NCBI GenBank assembly: GCA_038824665.1
Contig: JAWBBK010000001.1
Coordinates: 192,001-256,000, forward strand
DNA length: 64,000 nt
Reading direction: 5' to 3'
Origin: Acidilobaceae archaeon
GTDB taxonomy: Archaea; Thermoproteota; Thermoprotei_A; Sulfolobales; Acidilobaceae
Shown: one piece after another, positions 20,781-29,923 of the stretch
Layout: the number at the start of each line of letters is the position of its first letter
How positions within the stretch are numbered: the first letter of the stretch is position 1
Translations under genes and position numbers: made by a program
Notes under the pieces: generated by a model
Seen by the model: the letters and a program-made list of their open reading frames with translations, nothing else
Databases searched by the model: none
What the model was told of the DNA's origin: nothing

Positions 20781-20836
20781 GAGTGCTGAGCTCGGCGTAG
20801 CTGAGAACTCGATGAAGAAGGTCTTGAGTGCTGAGA
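20781..20836 (+). ncRNA. Box C/D sRNA
   Basis: C GTGCTGA (20783), 11-nt guide, D' CTGA, C' ATGAAGA, 12-nt guide, D CTGA (20831-20834); intergenic. Confidence 0.75.
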
Positions 20837-22195
20837 TTAGGGTGTCAATCTCTCCAAGTCTCTAGGCAAGAGCCTCGCTTCTCTTATATTCAGAAGGCCT
20901 AGAGTCTGCATCACGATCCTCTCTAAGCCAATCCCAGCTCCTCCGTGCGGCGGGACCCCGTGCTTGAAGAACTCCAAGTAGAACTCGAAGTCTTCTGTTC
21001 TCATCCCCTTGTCTCTTAAGTTTTCAAGCAACTTCTCGTATCTGTGCTCTCTTTGACCTCCTGTAGCGACCTCCATTCCTCTCATCAAGAGATCGAAGCT
21101 ATACGTCCACTCAGGCTCGTCCTCTTTTCTCATAGTGTAAAAAGGTCTTACGCGCCACGGGTATTCGATGATGAAAACGAAGTCTGAATTGTATTTCTCC
21201 TTAGCGTACTGGCCTAAGAGCTTCTCCGCTTCACTGTCTAGGTCCTCACCATAAGGTATTCGTTTATTGAACTCCTCTTCTAAGATCTTGTATGCATCTC
21301 TCATCCTGATCTTCGGAAAGCCTTCTGGAGGAGCGCGAGGAGGCTCGACGTTATGGGTTTCAAGTATCTTCTTGATCTCTTCGTTTTCTAAAATAGATTT
21401 GGTGAGGTAAGCGAAGAACCCTTCTACGAACTTCATCACGTCTTCATAAGACTTGATGAAACCTACTTCTATGTCTAGAGAGTGGTACTCGTTCAGATGT
21501 CTCGTAGTGTTGTGAGGCTCTGCTCTGTAGACAGGTCCTATCTCAAAGACTCTTTCGAAACCGGCTATCACTCCCATCTGTTTGTAGAACTGGGGACTCT
21601 GAGCCAGGTAAACGGTCTTCCCAAAGTATATGACGGGAAACAGGTTAGCTCCTCCCTCAGTTCCCGTGGCCACTATCTTCGGGGTAAATATCTCGACAAA
21701 GCCTTGCTTAGAGAAGTACTCTCTGAACTTAGCCGCTACCCAAGCTTTGAATAGAAAGATGGACTGAACTTCCAAGTTCCTGAGGTCCAACCATCTGTAT
21801 CTCAACCTCGTAGGCAGGCTGGCCTTTCTAGAGGTTTTGACTTCGAGAGGAAGAGGCTCTATAGGTGTTGAGAGAACCAAGAGATCAGATACAGCTATCT
21901 CACAGCCTTCTTTAGTAGGGGCAGATCTCAAAATACCTTCTGCACAAACTACGTCCTCTTCTCTTAAGTCAGAAGCCTTCTGAAACACGGGTTCAGGAGT
22001 TTCTCCTTTTTTAGCCACGACCTGTATGAGACCTGTTCTATCTCTTAGCACCAAGAACTTAACGTTGCCTAGGTCTCTAACCCTGTGTATCCAGCCGCAC
22101 GCTCTGACTTTGTTACCGAACAGCTTCTGAGCGTTCGCTACGATATCTTTTATGAACATGTCTTTATACAATCCTTTCACCGCGTTCGTGAACAT
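20837..22195 (-). CDS. aspS: Aspartyl-tRNA synthetase
   Basis: OB fold, YLAQSPQFYKQ, YRAEPHNTTRHLNEY, PPHGGAGIGLER; true start is probably near 22159-22171. Confidence 0.95.
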   Translation of the reverse strand: MFTNAVKGLYKDMFIKDIVANAQKLFGNKVRACGWIHRVRDLGNVKFLVLRDRTGLIQVVAKKGETPEPVFQKASDLREEDVVCAEGILRSAPTKEGCEIAVSDLLVLSTPIEPLPLEVKTSRKASLPTRLRYRWLDLRNLEVQSIFLFKAWVAAKFREYFSKQGFVEIFTPKIVATGTEGGANLFPVIYFGKTVYLAQSPQFYKQMGVIAGFERVFEIGPVYRAEPHNTTRHLNEYHSLDIEVGFIKSYEDVMKFVEGFFAYLTKSILENEEIKKILETHNVEPPRAPPEGFPKIRMRDAYKILEEEFNKRIPYGEDLDSEAEKLLGQYAKEKYNSDFVFIIEYPWRVRPFYTMRKEDEPEWTYSFDLLMRGMEVATGGQREHRYEKLLENLRDKGMRTEDFEFYLEFFKHGVPPHGGAGIGLERIVMQTLGLLNIREARLLPRDLERLTP

Positions 22196-22209
22196 TAAAA
22201 GAACTCGTT

Positions 22210-22683
22210 TTAAGTCTCTTCGGTCTTCTTAGATTCTAACGCTTCCTCTTCTAACGTTTCCTCCAACCCACCTAAACCTATGAATATCAGAGTCCTGTAC
22301 TCAGAAAGGAGGGCTCTGAAACTCTCGTAATCGAGCTTCTCCATCCCTTTAGAAGTCATTTGTCCTTTCAGCAACAGTTCGACTAACCTTTTCTGCCATA
22401 CGTCACCTTCTACTTTAATCTCGTAGGTTCCGTCTTCAAACCTCTTGTACCTTAAGATTATGGGTAGCTTAACTAAGTCCCAAACGTATGGAGGAACTTT
22501 GGATAGGACGTTTCGAATCTCTTTTTCTTCGAACTCGTGTACGTTCCCGCTTTGAAGTCTAAGGAACCTCCTGCCTTTAGAGACCTCTTTTAACGTAACT
22601 GACTCTGCAGGCCAGAGCTTAGCTATTCTTTTAAGTATCTCCTCATATTTTTTATCTAGAAAATCAGGAACTCTTCTAGACAG
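22210..22683 (-). CDS. DUF61-family hypothetical protein
   Basis: HEF..KEI and KLPIIL pattern; start placed at CTG 22683 behind SD GAGGGTG. Confidence 0.65.
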   Translation of the reverse strand: MSRRVPDFLDKKYEEILKRIAKLWPAESVTLKEVSKGRRFLRLQSGNVHEFEEKEIRNVLSKVPPYVWDLVKLPIILRYKRFEDGTYEIKVEGDVWQKRLVELLLKGQMTSKGMEKLDYESFRALLSEYRTLIFIGLGGLEETLEEEALESKKTEET

Positions 22684-22849
22684 ACTAGCACACCCTCTCG
22701 TTTTTGAACAAACGGAGATTATATTGCTATAGTGACTTAGATAGAGGTCGTTCTTCTTAAGGTTTAGCTGAGAGTCTGTTTGAGAGGCCACAGGGTCTCG
22801 CGAAACGCTAATTAATAGTTCTCCTTCCTTAAGGACTGAGGGAGAGGAG

Positions 22850-23296
22850 TTGACCAGCAGAGGAGAGGACCAGCGCGTTTCTCTGCTCAGAGACTACGAG
22901 TGGTTACTAAATAGACTCTATCAGAAAGTGCCTCCAAAAAGCGGAGTTGCAGGCGTGATCTTGCCAGAGCCGGAGGTAGTCGTGGCCGGTAACCAGACTA
23001 TATTGAGAAACTTGAGGGAGATAGCTAGTGCTCTTAAGAGAGACCCTGAGCTAGTGGCTAGATATCTGCTCAGAGAACTTGCCACAGGAGGTTACTACGA
23101 TACAGAGAGCGTTCAGCTAACTCTAAACACTAAGGTATCTGGCAAAGTCTTAAAGAAAGTCTTAGAGAACTTCGAGAAGCTTTACGTAAGATGCCCTACT
23201 TGCAACAGCGTTGATACTAAGATCGAAAGAAGAGGGAAGGTCTGGATTCTCATATGTGAAGCGTGCGGAGCTGAACAACCAGTTAGACCTGTTTAA
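22850..23296 (+). CDS. eif2b: Translation initiation factor aIF-2 beta
   Basis: DYEWLLNRLY, LRELAT, CPTC..CEACGA zinc ribbon. Confidence 0.93.
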   Translation: MTSRGEDQRVSLLRDYEWLLNRLYQKVPPKSGVAGVILPEPEVVVAGNQTILRNLREIASALKRDPELVARYLLRELATGGYYDTESVQLTLNTKVSGKVLKKVLENFEKLYVRCPTCNSVDTKIERRGKVWILICEACGAEQPVRPV

Positions 23297-23346
23297 CCAA
23301 GTCTAGTCAAAAGCTCTGATTTCATGGAGAAGGGAGGTGCAACCCA

Positions 23347-24303
23347 GTGGAGTACGTGTTTCTCGGCTCTACGGACCTCAAGATCTCCAGAATAGGCCTA
23401 GGCACCTGGCAGTTCAGCGAAACGTGGGGACTTACGGATTACAAGAAGGCTAAAGCGGTCATAGAAGAAGCTTTGAGACAGGGGATCAACTTCTTCGATA
23501 CAGCTATGGCGTATGGGAATGGGCTGAGCGAGAGCTTTTTGGGAAGAGCTCTAAAAGAGCTTCAGGTCAAGAGAGACGAAGTGGTTATAGTCACCAAGAT
23601 CCCAGGTGAGCTTCTAAGACCTCACGACATTATGAAGGCTATAGAGAGGTCTCTCTCAAGACTTCAGTTAAACGAAATCGATGTGTTACTAGTCCACTGG
23701 CCTCCCTGCTGGGATCACATACCTACGTGTACATACATGAGAACTCTCGAGAGACTATCGGCTCTAGGCAAGGTTGGCTATTTGGGGCTAAGCGATTACC
23801 CGATAGAGCTGGTAGAGTCTGCTAGACAGTGCCTGGCTCGAGCAGATATCGAGGTCTTGCAGGTGAAGTTCAATTTAGTGGAGAGAGAGGCTGAAGAGGA
23901 ACACATACCTTATGCAGAGGCCAACGGGATGACCGTTATGGCTTGGAGCCCTCTAGCTAAAGGAGCTCTAACGGGCAAATACACTTTGGAAGATCTTGAT
24001 AGGCTCGGAGACTTAAGAGCTAGTGATCCGCTGTTTTCTAAAGAAAACTACTCTAAAGTTCTTGAGCTAGTTGAAGTCGTTAGAAGTGTGGGGAAGAAGT
24101 ACGAGAAGACTCCTGCTCAAGTGGCTCTCAACTGGCTTATATCCTATAGCGATGTGATCGTTCCGATACCTGGAGCTAAGTCTCCAGACCAAGTCAGAGA
24201 GAACGCTGGAGCCGTAGGCTGGAGCCTTTCGTATAACGATTGGCTTCTCTTAAACGAAGCCTCCAGAAGGGTGACAGCTCAGATAAGCTATGCTGTTTGG
24301 TGA
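23347..24303 (+). CDS. Aldo/keto reductase
   Basis: IGLGTWQ, FFDTAMAYG, VHWP, AWSPLAKG, PIPGAK. Confidence 0.92.
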   Translation: MEYVFLGSTDLKISRIGLGTWQFSETWGLTDYKKAKAVIEEALRQGINFFDTAMAYGNGLSESFLGRALKELQVKRDEVVIVTKIPGELLRPHDIMKAIERSLSRLQLNEIDVLLVHWPPCWDHIPTCTYMRTLERLSALGKVGYLGLSDYPIELVESARQCLARADIEVLQVKFNLVEREAEEEHIPYAEANGMTVMAWSPLAKGALTGKYTLEDLDRLGDLRASDPLFSKENYSKVLELVEVVRSVGKKYEKTPAQVALNWLISYSDVIVPIPGAKSPDQVRENAGAVGWSLSYNDWLLLNEASRRVTAQISYAVW

Positions 24304-25469
24304 ACCTAAAAGCTATGGAGATCTGCGGAACCCCTCTAGACTACGACCTTGGTTTACTTGAAGTTCTAGAGTCTACATCAGGTCCTCTTTGTTCTCTCTT
24401 AAGGAGTCTGACCAGACCTGCTCCCAGACTCTACATCAGGGTGAACACTCTAAAGATAGATCCTGAAGAATATCGGGAACTCTTGAAGAGCTCAGGCTAC
24501 GGGTTCGAAAGAGATGAGGAGTTAAACGAAGCTCTGTGGACTCCAGTAGAAGGTCCCTTCAGGATAACAGTTTACGACAAGAAGGTGGTAGCTGATAAAG
24601 TAGCGAGTGAGTCGGTCTTGATGGGTAGCGATCTCTACCTTCCAGGAGTCCTAGAGGCTAGCGGAATCAAAGAGGGAGACTTAGTGACAGTCTACTCTCC
24701 CAACGGAGTCCCAGTGGGCTCAGGAGTTGCTGTGAGGAGCTGGAAGGAGAGCTTAAAGAAAGATAAAGGACTTTTCATCAAGATAACAGAGCCTGTTTAC
24801 AGAGCTCCTCGAGTCTCTGAACTCCCTGGTTACGGAGAACTCTGTTACGGTCAGTCAGTGACGTCTATGTACGTAGCGAAAATGTTGAACCCAAAGCCAG
24901 GAGAGATCATAGTAGACTTCAACGCAGCTCCAGGAGGCAAGATAGGACATGTGGCTCAACTTGTGGGACCTAAGGCAACGATCATAGGCATAGACAGACC
25001 CAACAAGATCGACAAGTTGAGAAGAGTCTTGGAGACGCTAGGAGCGAACTGGGTTAGAACGTTAGGAGGAGACTCGAGGAGGGCTTCAGAGCTTTTAGGA
25101 GAGCTCTCAGGCAAAGTAGACGCTGTACTCATAGATCCTCCTTGTACCGATATAGGGGTAATTCCCAAGGTCTACGACAGAAAGACTCTGAAAGAAGCGG
25201 TAGCTATAGCTAGGTACCAGGTGCAGTTCGTTAGAGAGGCTCATAGGGTTTTAAGGAAAGGGGGAAGACTTGTGTACTCTACCTGCACTCTCACAGACGT
25301 GGAGAACGAGGCTGTGGTAGAGTATGCTCTGAGCTTAGGGTTCGAGCTAGAAGAGCCTGAGTTCAGACCTAGAGTCAGAGGAAGGGACACAGGTTATGGG
25401 TTTCGCTTTGCTCCCCACGTGGACTTTACGCCCGGTTTCTTTGTAAGCCTTCTCTTAATCAAGAAGTGA
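24300..25469 (+). CDS. RsmB/NOP2-family RNA m5C methyltransferase with PUA domain (NSUN6-like)
   Basis: IRVNTLK, PUA segment, AAPGGK, DPPCT, VYSTCT. Confidence 0.88.
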   Translation: MNLKAMEICGTPLDYDLGLLEVLESTSGPLCSLLRSLTRPAPRLYIRVNTLKIDPEEYRELLKSSGYGFERDEELNEALWTPVEGPFRITVYDKKVVADKVASESVLMGSDLYLPGVLEASGIKEGDLVTVYSPNGVPVGSGVAVRSWKESLKKDKGLFIKITEPVYRAPRVSELPGYGELCYGQSVTSMYVAKMLNPKPGEIIVDFNAAPGGKIGHVAQLVGPKATIIGIDRPNKIDKLRRVLETLGANWVRTLGGDSRRASELLGELSGKVDAVLIDPPCTDIGVIPKVYDRKTLKEAVAIARYQVQFVREAHRVLRKGGRLVYSTCTLTDVENEAVVEYALSLGFELEEPEFRPRVRGRDTGYGFRFAPHVDFTPGFFVSLLLIKK

Positions 25470-25696
25470 ACCGCTACAGACTTCGATATAGCGGGTTTTT
25501 CCCGAAGACTCTCTCAGTCGTCAAGAAGGTCATGAATAGAAGAACATAGCTCAGAACGTCAATCTCTTGCTTGACACAGGTCGTCTAGAGAACTTCTCAC
25601 CACTTCTCATCTATCTATTTGTTTCAACTCTCTGTTTTACGAGATAGTAGCTAAATCTTTAAGCTCAGCTAGAGATCGCTTAGTGGTGGTCAGGAA

Positions 25697-26410
25697 GTGT
25701 CTTCTTCGCAGAAAACCCTCAGAACAGGAATAGTTGTAGCTGGAGCTTATGCAGATAAGGTCAGAAGAACGCTATTTGCTCAGACTAAAGACTTAGTGAA
25801 AAGCGGAGAACTCTCTCCTCAAGAGGTCGCTAGAGCAGCAGGAGAGCTCAACAGATTGCTTTACGAGATCCTTGTAGCTGAACTCAAAACTGAAAAAGGA
25901 GATGCTGTGAGGATCACGGTAGATTACAAAATAGAGGAGGGCAAGATAGTCTGGGACTTGAAAACGCTACAGATTCAGCTCTGGAAGGCCGTTTCTCAAA
26001 CTGAAGTGAATAAAGCAGTAGCGAAGATAGCTGCTGTAGCTACAGAACTCCTGTCTAAAGCTATTCGCTTTGAGACTGAAAAGGCGGTAGAACTCGTAAG
26101 CGGAGACCTGGTCTACTTAGTCAAGTACGGAGGCAGAGACGTGGGGGCTCTGGTAGTCACTCTAGCTAGCGAAGACAAGGCTATAATTAGAGGCGCTGTC
26201 TTAGAGCCTACGCCTCTATTGCTTAGAAGAACTCTCTTCACCTTCGCTGGAGACATAGATGAATTCATGAAAACCAACGTGTCACAGATCTTGAGCAAAG
26301 CTGTCAACGTTGAGTACAGAGAAGCCGATAAGATGGTGAGAGAGATCAAAGCTATGGTCAGAGCGGAGATAGAGGCTAAAGAGGCCGAGTTTGAAGAAGA
26401 GGAAGAGTGA
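25697..26410 (+). CDS. DUF2258 / ThermoDBP-related single-stranded nucleic acid binding protein
   Basis: LRTGIVVAGAYADKVRRTLFAQ, EVARAAGELN, KGDAVRI; acidic tail. Confidence 0.8.
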   Translation: MSSSQKTLRTGIVVAGAYADKVRRTLFAQTKDLVKSGELSPQEVARAAGELNRLLYEILVAELKTEKGDAVRITVDYKIEEGKIVWDLKTLQIQLWKAVSQTEVNKAVAKIAAVATELLSKAIRFETEKAVELVSGDLVYLVKYGGRDVGALVVTLASEDKAIIRGAVLEPTPLLLRRTLFTFAGDIDEFMKTNVSQILSKAVNVEYREADKMVREIKAMVRAEIEAKEAEFEEEEE

Positions 26411-26413
26411 AGG

Positions 26414-26446
26414 ATAGCTCGAGCTATCTCTTCTTCTTCTTTCTTA
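26414..26446 (+). terminator. Hairpin plus pyrimidine tract after the DUF2258 gene
   Basis: Perfect palindrome GATAGCTCGAGCTATC followed by TCTTCTTCTTCTTTCTT. Confidence 0.45.
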
Positions 26447-26652
26447 CATCAAGAGCTTCTGCAAACTTCTACAGCTCATCACAAATCTCGAATAGATAGA
26501 ACATCAGACGAGGTTAAGAGACACCTAATCATATTTAGAGATGAAAGAGATGAGATCAAATTTAAAGAAGAGTTAAAAAAGTCTCAGCAGGATCTTGCTC
26601 ATAGTTCTTCATTTCTAACGCTAGTCTCATAATCACTTGTTTCTCACGGTCT

Positions 26653-27956
26653 TCACGAACTTCTTGCCAAAGAGACTCTTTGTAGTTGTTGGTCATCTTT
26701 CTCAGCTATTTTGTCTAGAACGATCTTCTCTTCCAATGCTATCTCACTATAGAGTTTGACTTTAGGCTCGCCAACGCTTACATCTCTAGCTTCTAATAGC
26801 TCTAGAACTTTCTGAGCTAAAGCTTCAACGTCTGATTCTCTCACTAAGTACAAACCATCAACATCACCATAATTCAGCTTAAGAGCTGGGATATCGTAAG
26901 CAACGACTGGAACACCCATGAGTAAAGACTCAGCAACAGAGTACGAGTACGAATCTGCATGACTTGGATAGAGCGTAAGCTTAGCATTGCGTCTCAAAAG
27001 AAAACTCTCACGTCTAGAGACGTAGCCTGTCATAATAATATTGTCCTTAAGGTTAAGCCTAGAAGCAATTCTCATAAGCCTCTTAACTATATCCTCTCTA
27101 CTGCGACCTACTATTAGCAACTTAAAGTCTTTACGCTCTCTAATAATGAGCCTAGTAGCTAGAATTAAGTCGGGTAGACCTTTTTGAATAGCGAGCCTAG
27201 AGGGAAACACAGCAATGGGTTTAGGGTAAACCTTGTGGAACCTAAGATTTTTAAGCAATGACACTTCGTCTTCATCAAATCCGTTTCCAGGTTTAAGAGA
27301 TAGAACTCTGCTATTCCAATTCTCGCCCATCTCTAAAGGAATCGATGGTGAAACAGCTAGGAGTCTATTGAACTTCTTGAGGTAATGGTCTACCGCCTTG
27401 TAGAACGTTTTGTTCCAAAATCTGTATAAAGACTTAGTATATATGATCCATGGAATATCACGTATATCTAGTTTGGACATAGTTAACAAATAATTGAACG
27501 CTTGGAATGCCCCCATAATGTTGTTAAGTCTAATCCTATCGCCGTAAAGAGGTGGTGATTGAAGAATAGCTAAGCTCTTTGAAGAATAGCTAAGCTCTTT
27601 AATGCCTGCGTCTCAGCCAGGCTAGCGGATAATCTTAAACTCTCGATAGTTTCATGATGGGAGACAAGAATATCAGTATCGATCTTTCCATGCTTTTCAA
27701 AGTAAAACGCTAGCCTTAAAGGTAATAGCGCAGTCTTCACGCTAACGGGTAACGGTAATCGCTCTAGAACCTTAGACGGTAAGGCGAATCCTATTGTAGG
27801 ACATCTCTCTTTAACTTCTCTAAGCGTTTGACTATTATAGCCTAGCAGGAGAGATTGACATTCAACCCCTGTCTTAGCTCTATACAATAACATCTTATAG
27901 GCTCTTAAGGTTCCTCCAGCGGACAGGTCCACGTTAGCTATTTCTAAAGTCTTCAC
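26653..27956 (-). pseudogene. GT4 (GT-B) glycosyltransferase frameshifted by a 20-bp tandem duplication
   Basis: AGGTLR N-terminus; RLAIQKG and DSYSYSVAESLLMGVPVV. TTGAAGAATAGCTAAGCTCT is duplicated at 27559-27598. Confidence 0.88.
27559..27598. repeat. Perfect 2 x 20-bp tandem repeat
   Basis: TTGAAGAATAGCTAAGCTCT twice. Confidence 0.95.
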
Positions 27957-28009
27957 GTTATAGTCTCCCTACAGTTTTGAGTGCTTCGTCTTTTATATTA
28001 TGAGAGTAG

Positions 28010-28400
28010 CGTTTACATCTTCTAGTAGTAATCTCGATATCTCTGAGCGCTTTAACAATGGTGCTTCTAGGAGTTCCAGTGAGTAGCTCGGTGTTTGATG
28101 TTCTCTCTTAACGACTCCTCTTCTTCATATTTTACATAAGTTTATTCTAACTTGAAGCAAAGCTCCTTGAAAAGCTTCTGGCTGGAGCCTGTGGAAACTA
28201 GCTGTATACAATCACACGATCTCATCATAATTGTTAACCACTACTAGGTTCAGCTTATTCGTGTTCACATCTGTACCCGCTACGTTGCTCTACATAGGCT
28301 TACGATCCTGATATAGTGACTAAGCACGCCTGTATTTGATGTGATCTGTAGCTCACCGTAGAGGTGCTCTAGGTCTCCACTATACTCTGACTGAGCAGTA
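28010..28400 (-). mobile_element. Degraded IS200/IS605 TnpB-like gene remnant
   Basis: Broken minus-strand translation gives LYGELQIT ... VAGTDVNTNKLNLVVVNNYDEIV*LYTASF, resembling RuvC-I (G.D.N) of crenarchaeal TnpB-related proteins; many stops. Confidence 0.45.
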
Positions 28401-28417
28401 AACTCTCCCCATAGCTT

Positions 28418-28518
28418 TAGGCGACCTGGGGTTTCCGAGACCCATAGCAGACCTTGGGAAGAAGGTCCAGGGGAACCATGATGACCTGTCTCGGGTGCCT
28501 ATAGAAACCTTGGGACGG
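28418..28518 (+). ncRNA. Structured RNA candidate with a C-box/K-turn-like motif
   Basis: Stems TAGGC/GCCTA, CCGAGAC/GTCTCGG, GACCTT/AAGGTC and alternative GGTTTCC/GGGAACC; ATGATGA at 28478-28484. Confidence 0.45.
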
Positions 28519-28527
28519 AAAACGATA

Positions 28528-28589
28528 GCTCAGATACCCCAGAACTCTTCATCAGCTGAGCCTCATGAGGACACGGCTCTCTTCACAGC
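28528..28589 (-). ncRNA. Box C/D sRNA
   Basis: C GTGAAGA, 13-nt guide, D' ATGA, C' ATGAAGA, 12-nt guide, D CTGA. Confidence 0.75.
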
Positions 28590-28597
28590 CGCTCAAC

Positions 28598-29476
28598 TTA
28601 TCTCCTCGCTAGGCTTTTAACTTCCTCGACAAGATCTTCTAACTCGCTTATCGAATATCCTTCGCTCGGCTCGCTTTTCAGAGGGAGCTCTACGGTCTTG
28701 AGGGAGAGAAGTCCTATCACCTCCTTGGTTAGAACGGACCACGGCTTTTCCTGTCTCATTCTAAGCTCTACAGCCTTGGCATATCTAGCACCACTGATCA
28801 CAGCTACCACGTTATGAGCTACTACTAGAGCCAGATCTGGTCTCATGAGACCTCTCGTGGGAACAGCTATATCTGCGTTAGACTCAGCTACTATCACCTC
28901 AACCCTTTCAGATAGAGACTCTAGGCAAGAGTCTGCAGTAGGGCTTCCGTCTTTCTCTAAGACTTCAGCTAACTCCTTAGCGGCTATAGGCTCAGGCGGA
29001 GGTTTAAGAAAAGCGCTTAGGTCGTTAAGGATCTCTCGGACTCCCGCAGAGGTCCTAGAGTAAGCGGTTAGATTGATTAAATGTTTCGTCTCTATCTCTT
29101 CGCCGAGACAGCGGGTGAATCTAACTAGAGCTGTTCGAGAGTGAGAACTTCTTAAGGTGAAGTCTATCAAACTTTCTTTCCAGTCAAGAACTCTTGGATC
29201 TATAGGGATAGAGAGACCTCCCACAGGATTTAGAGTAGTGGGGTTGAAAGCTCCCGTGGCTCTGTAGAGTTCGAGTCCGTCTCTAGTAACTACAGCTTTG
29301 GCTCTAACAACTTCATCTAAGATCTTCGGATAGCTCCAGATGTCTGTAGAGCCTATGGGTTTGAAGCCCATGACTTTAAAGCCTACTTTCTTGAGAGCGG
29401 AAACTAGACTCGAGGCTAGAACGGTTTTACCGGAGTCCATGTGATAAAGTCCAGAGACTAAGATCTTCAAGGTCAT
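28598..29476 (-). CDS. Predicted P-loop ATPase (archaeal COG4028-like)
   Basis: ILVSGLYHMDSGKT, FKPIGS, IVAES.ADIAVP. Confidence 0.75.
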   Translation of the reverse strand: MTLKILVSGLYHMDSGKTVLASSLVSALKKVGFKVMGFKPIGSTDIWSYPKILDEVVRAKAVVTRDGLELYRATGAFNPTTLNPVGGLSIPIDPRVLDWKESLIDFTLRSSHSRTALVRFTRCLGEEIETKHLINLTAYSRTSAGVREILNDLSAFLKPPPEPIAAKELAEVLEKDGSPTADSCLESLSERVEVIVAESNADIAVPTRGLMRPDLALVVAHNVVAVISGARYAKAVELRMRQEKPWSVLTKEVIGLLSLKTVELPLKSEPSEGYSISELEDLVEEVKSLARR

Positions 29477-29481
29477 AGTCT

Positions 29482-29748
29482 TTACTTGCCTTCCTGGACC
29501 GGGACGTAGAGCTTAGCTCTTCTGCTTCCCCCTACAGGTTTTAACAAGCCCATCTCCTTTAACTTCTTCAAAACCCTCTTTGCTGTCGAGATCTTCACTC
29601 CTAGCTTTTGAGAGGCTTTGAAGGGAGTTACCACAACTTCTTTAGGTAACTCTTTCATAGCCTTTTCTACTATCTCTGGAGTCACGAAAGCCTCTACTAG
29701 GTCTTTGGGATCTACGTAGGGAGTCTGTTTGCTTCTCTTAGAACTCAT
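29482..29748 (-). CDS. rps25e: 30S ribosomal protein S25e
   Basis: VVTPFKASQKLGVKISTAKRVLK wHTH, LYVP end. Confidence 0.8.
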   Translation of the reverse strand: MSSKRSKQTPYVDPKDLVEAFVTPEIVEKAMKELPKEVVVTPFKASQKLGVKISTAKRVLKKLKEMGLLKPVGGSRRAKLYVPVQEGK

Positions 29749-29923
29749 TCAGACACACCCGAGTTTAAGCTTAATGTTTGGAGCGAAGCTTTAAAAGCTA
29801 GCTTCGAAGAGTTCAGGAAAGACTTCGTGACTCACAGGCTAGTAAAGCCGGAAAAGTTCAGGAGAGTTGTCGCTTTGAAAGACGGAATTGAGAACAGGAA
29901 GGCGCTAGCGGTTCTTGGCTTAT

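Noticed and set aside
28510-28518. 9-nt complementarity between the sRNA guide at about 57115-57126 and this site
   Set aside because: A 9-mer match is expected by chance in 128 kb of two-strand sequence.
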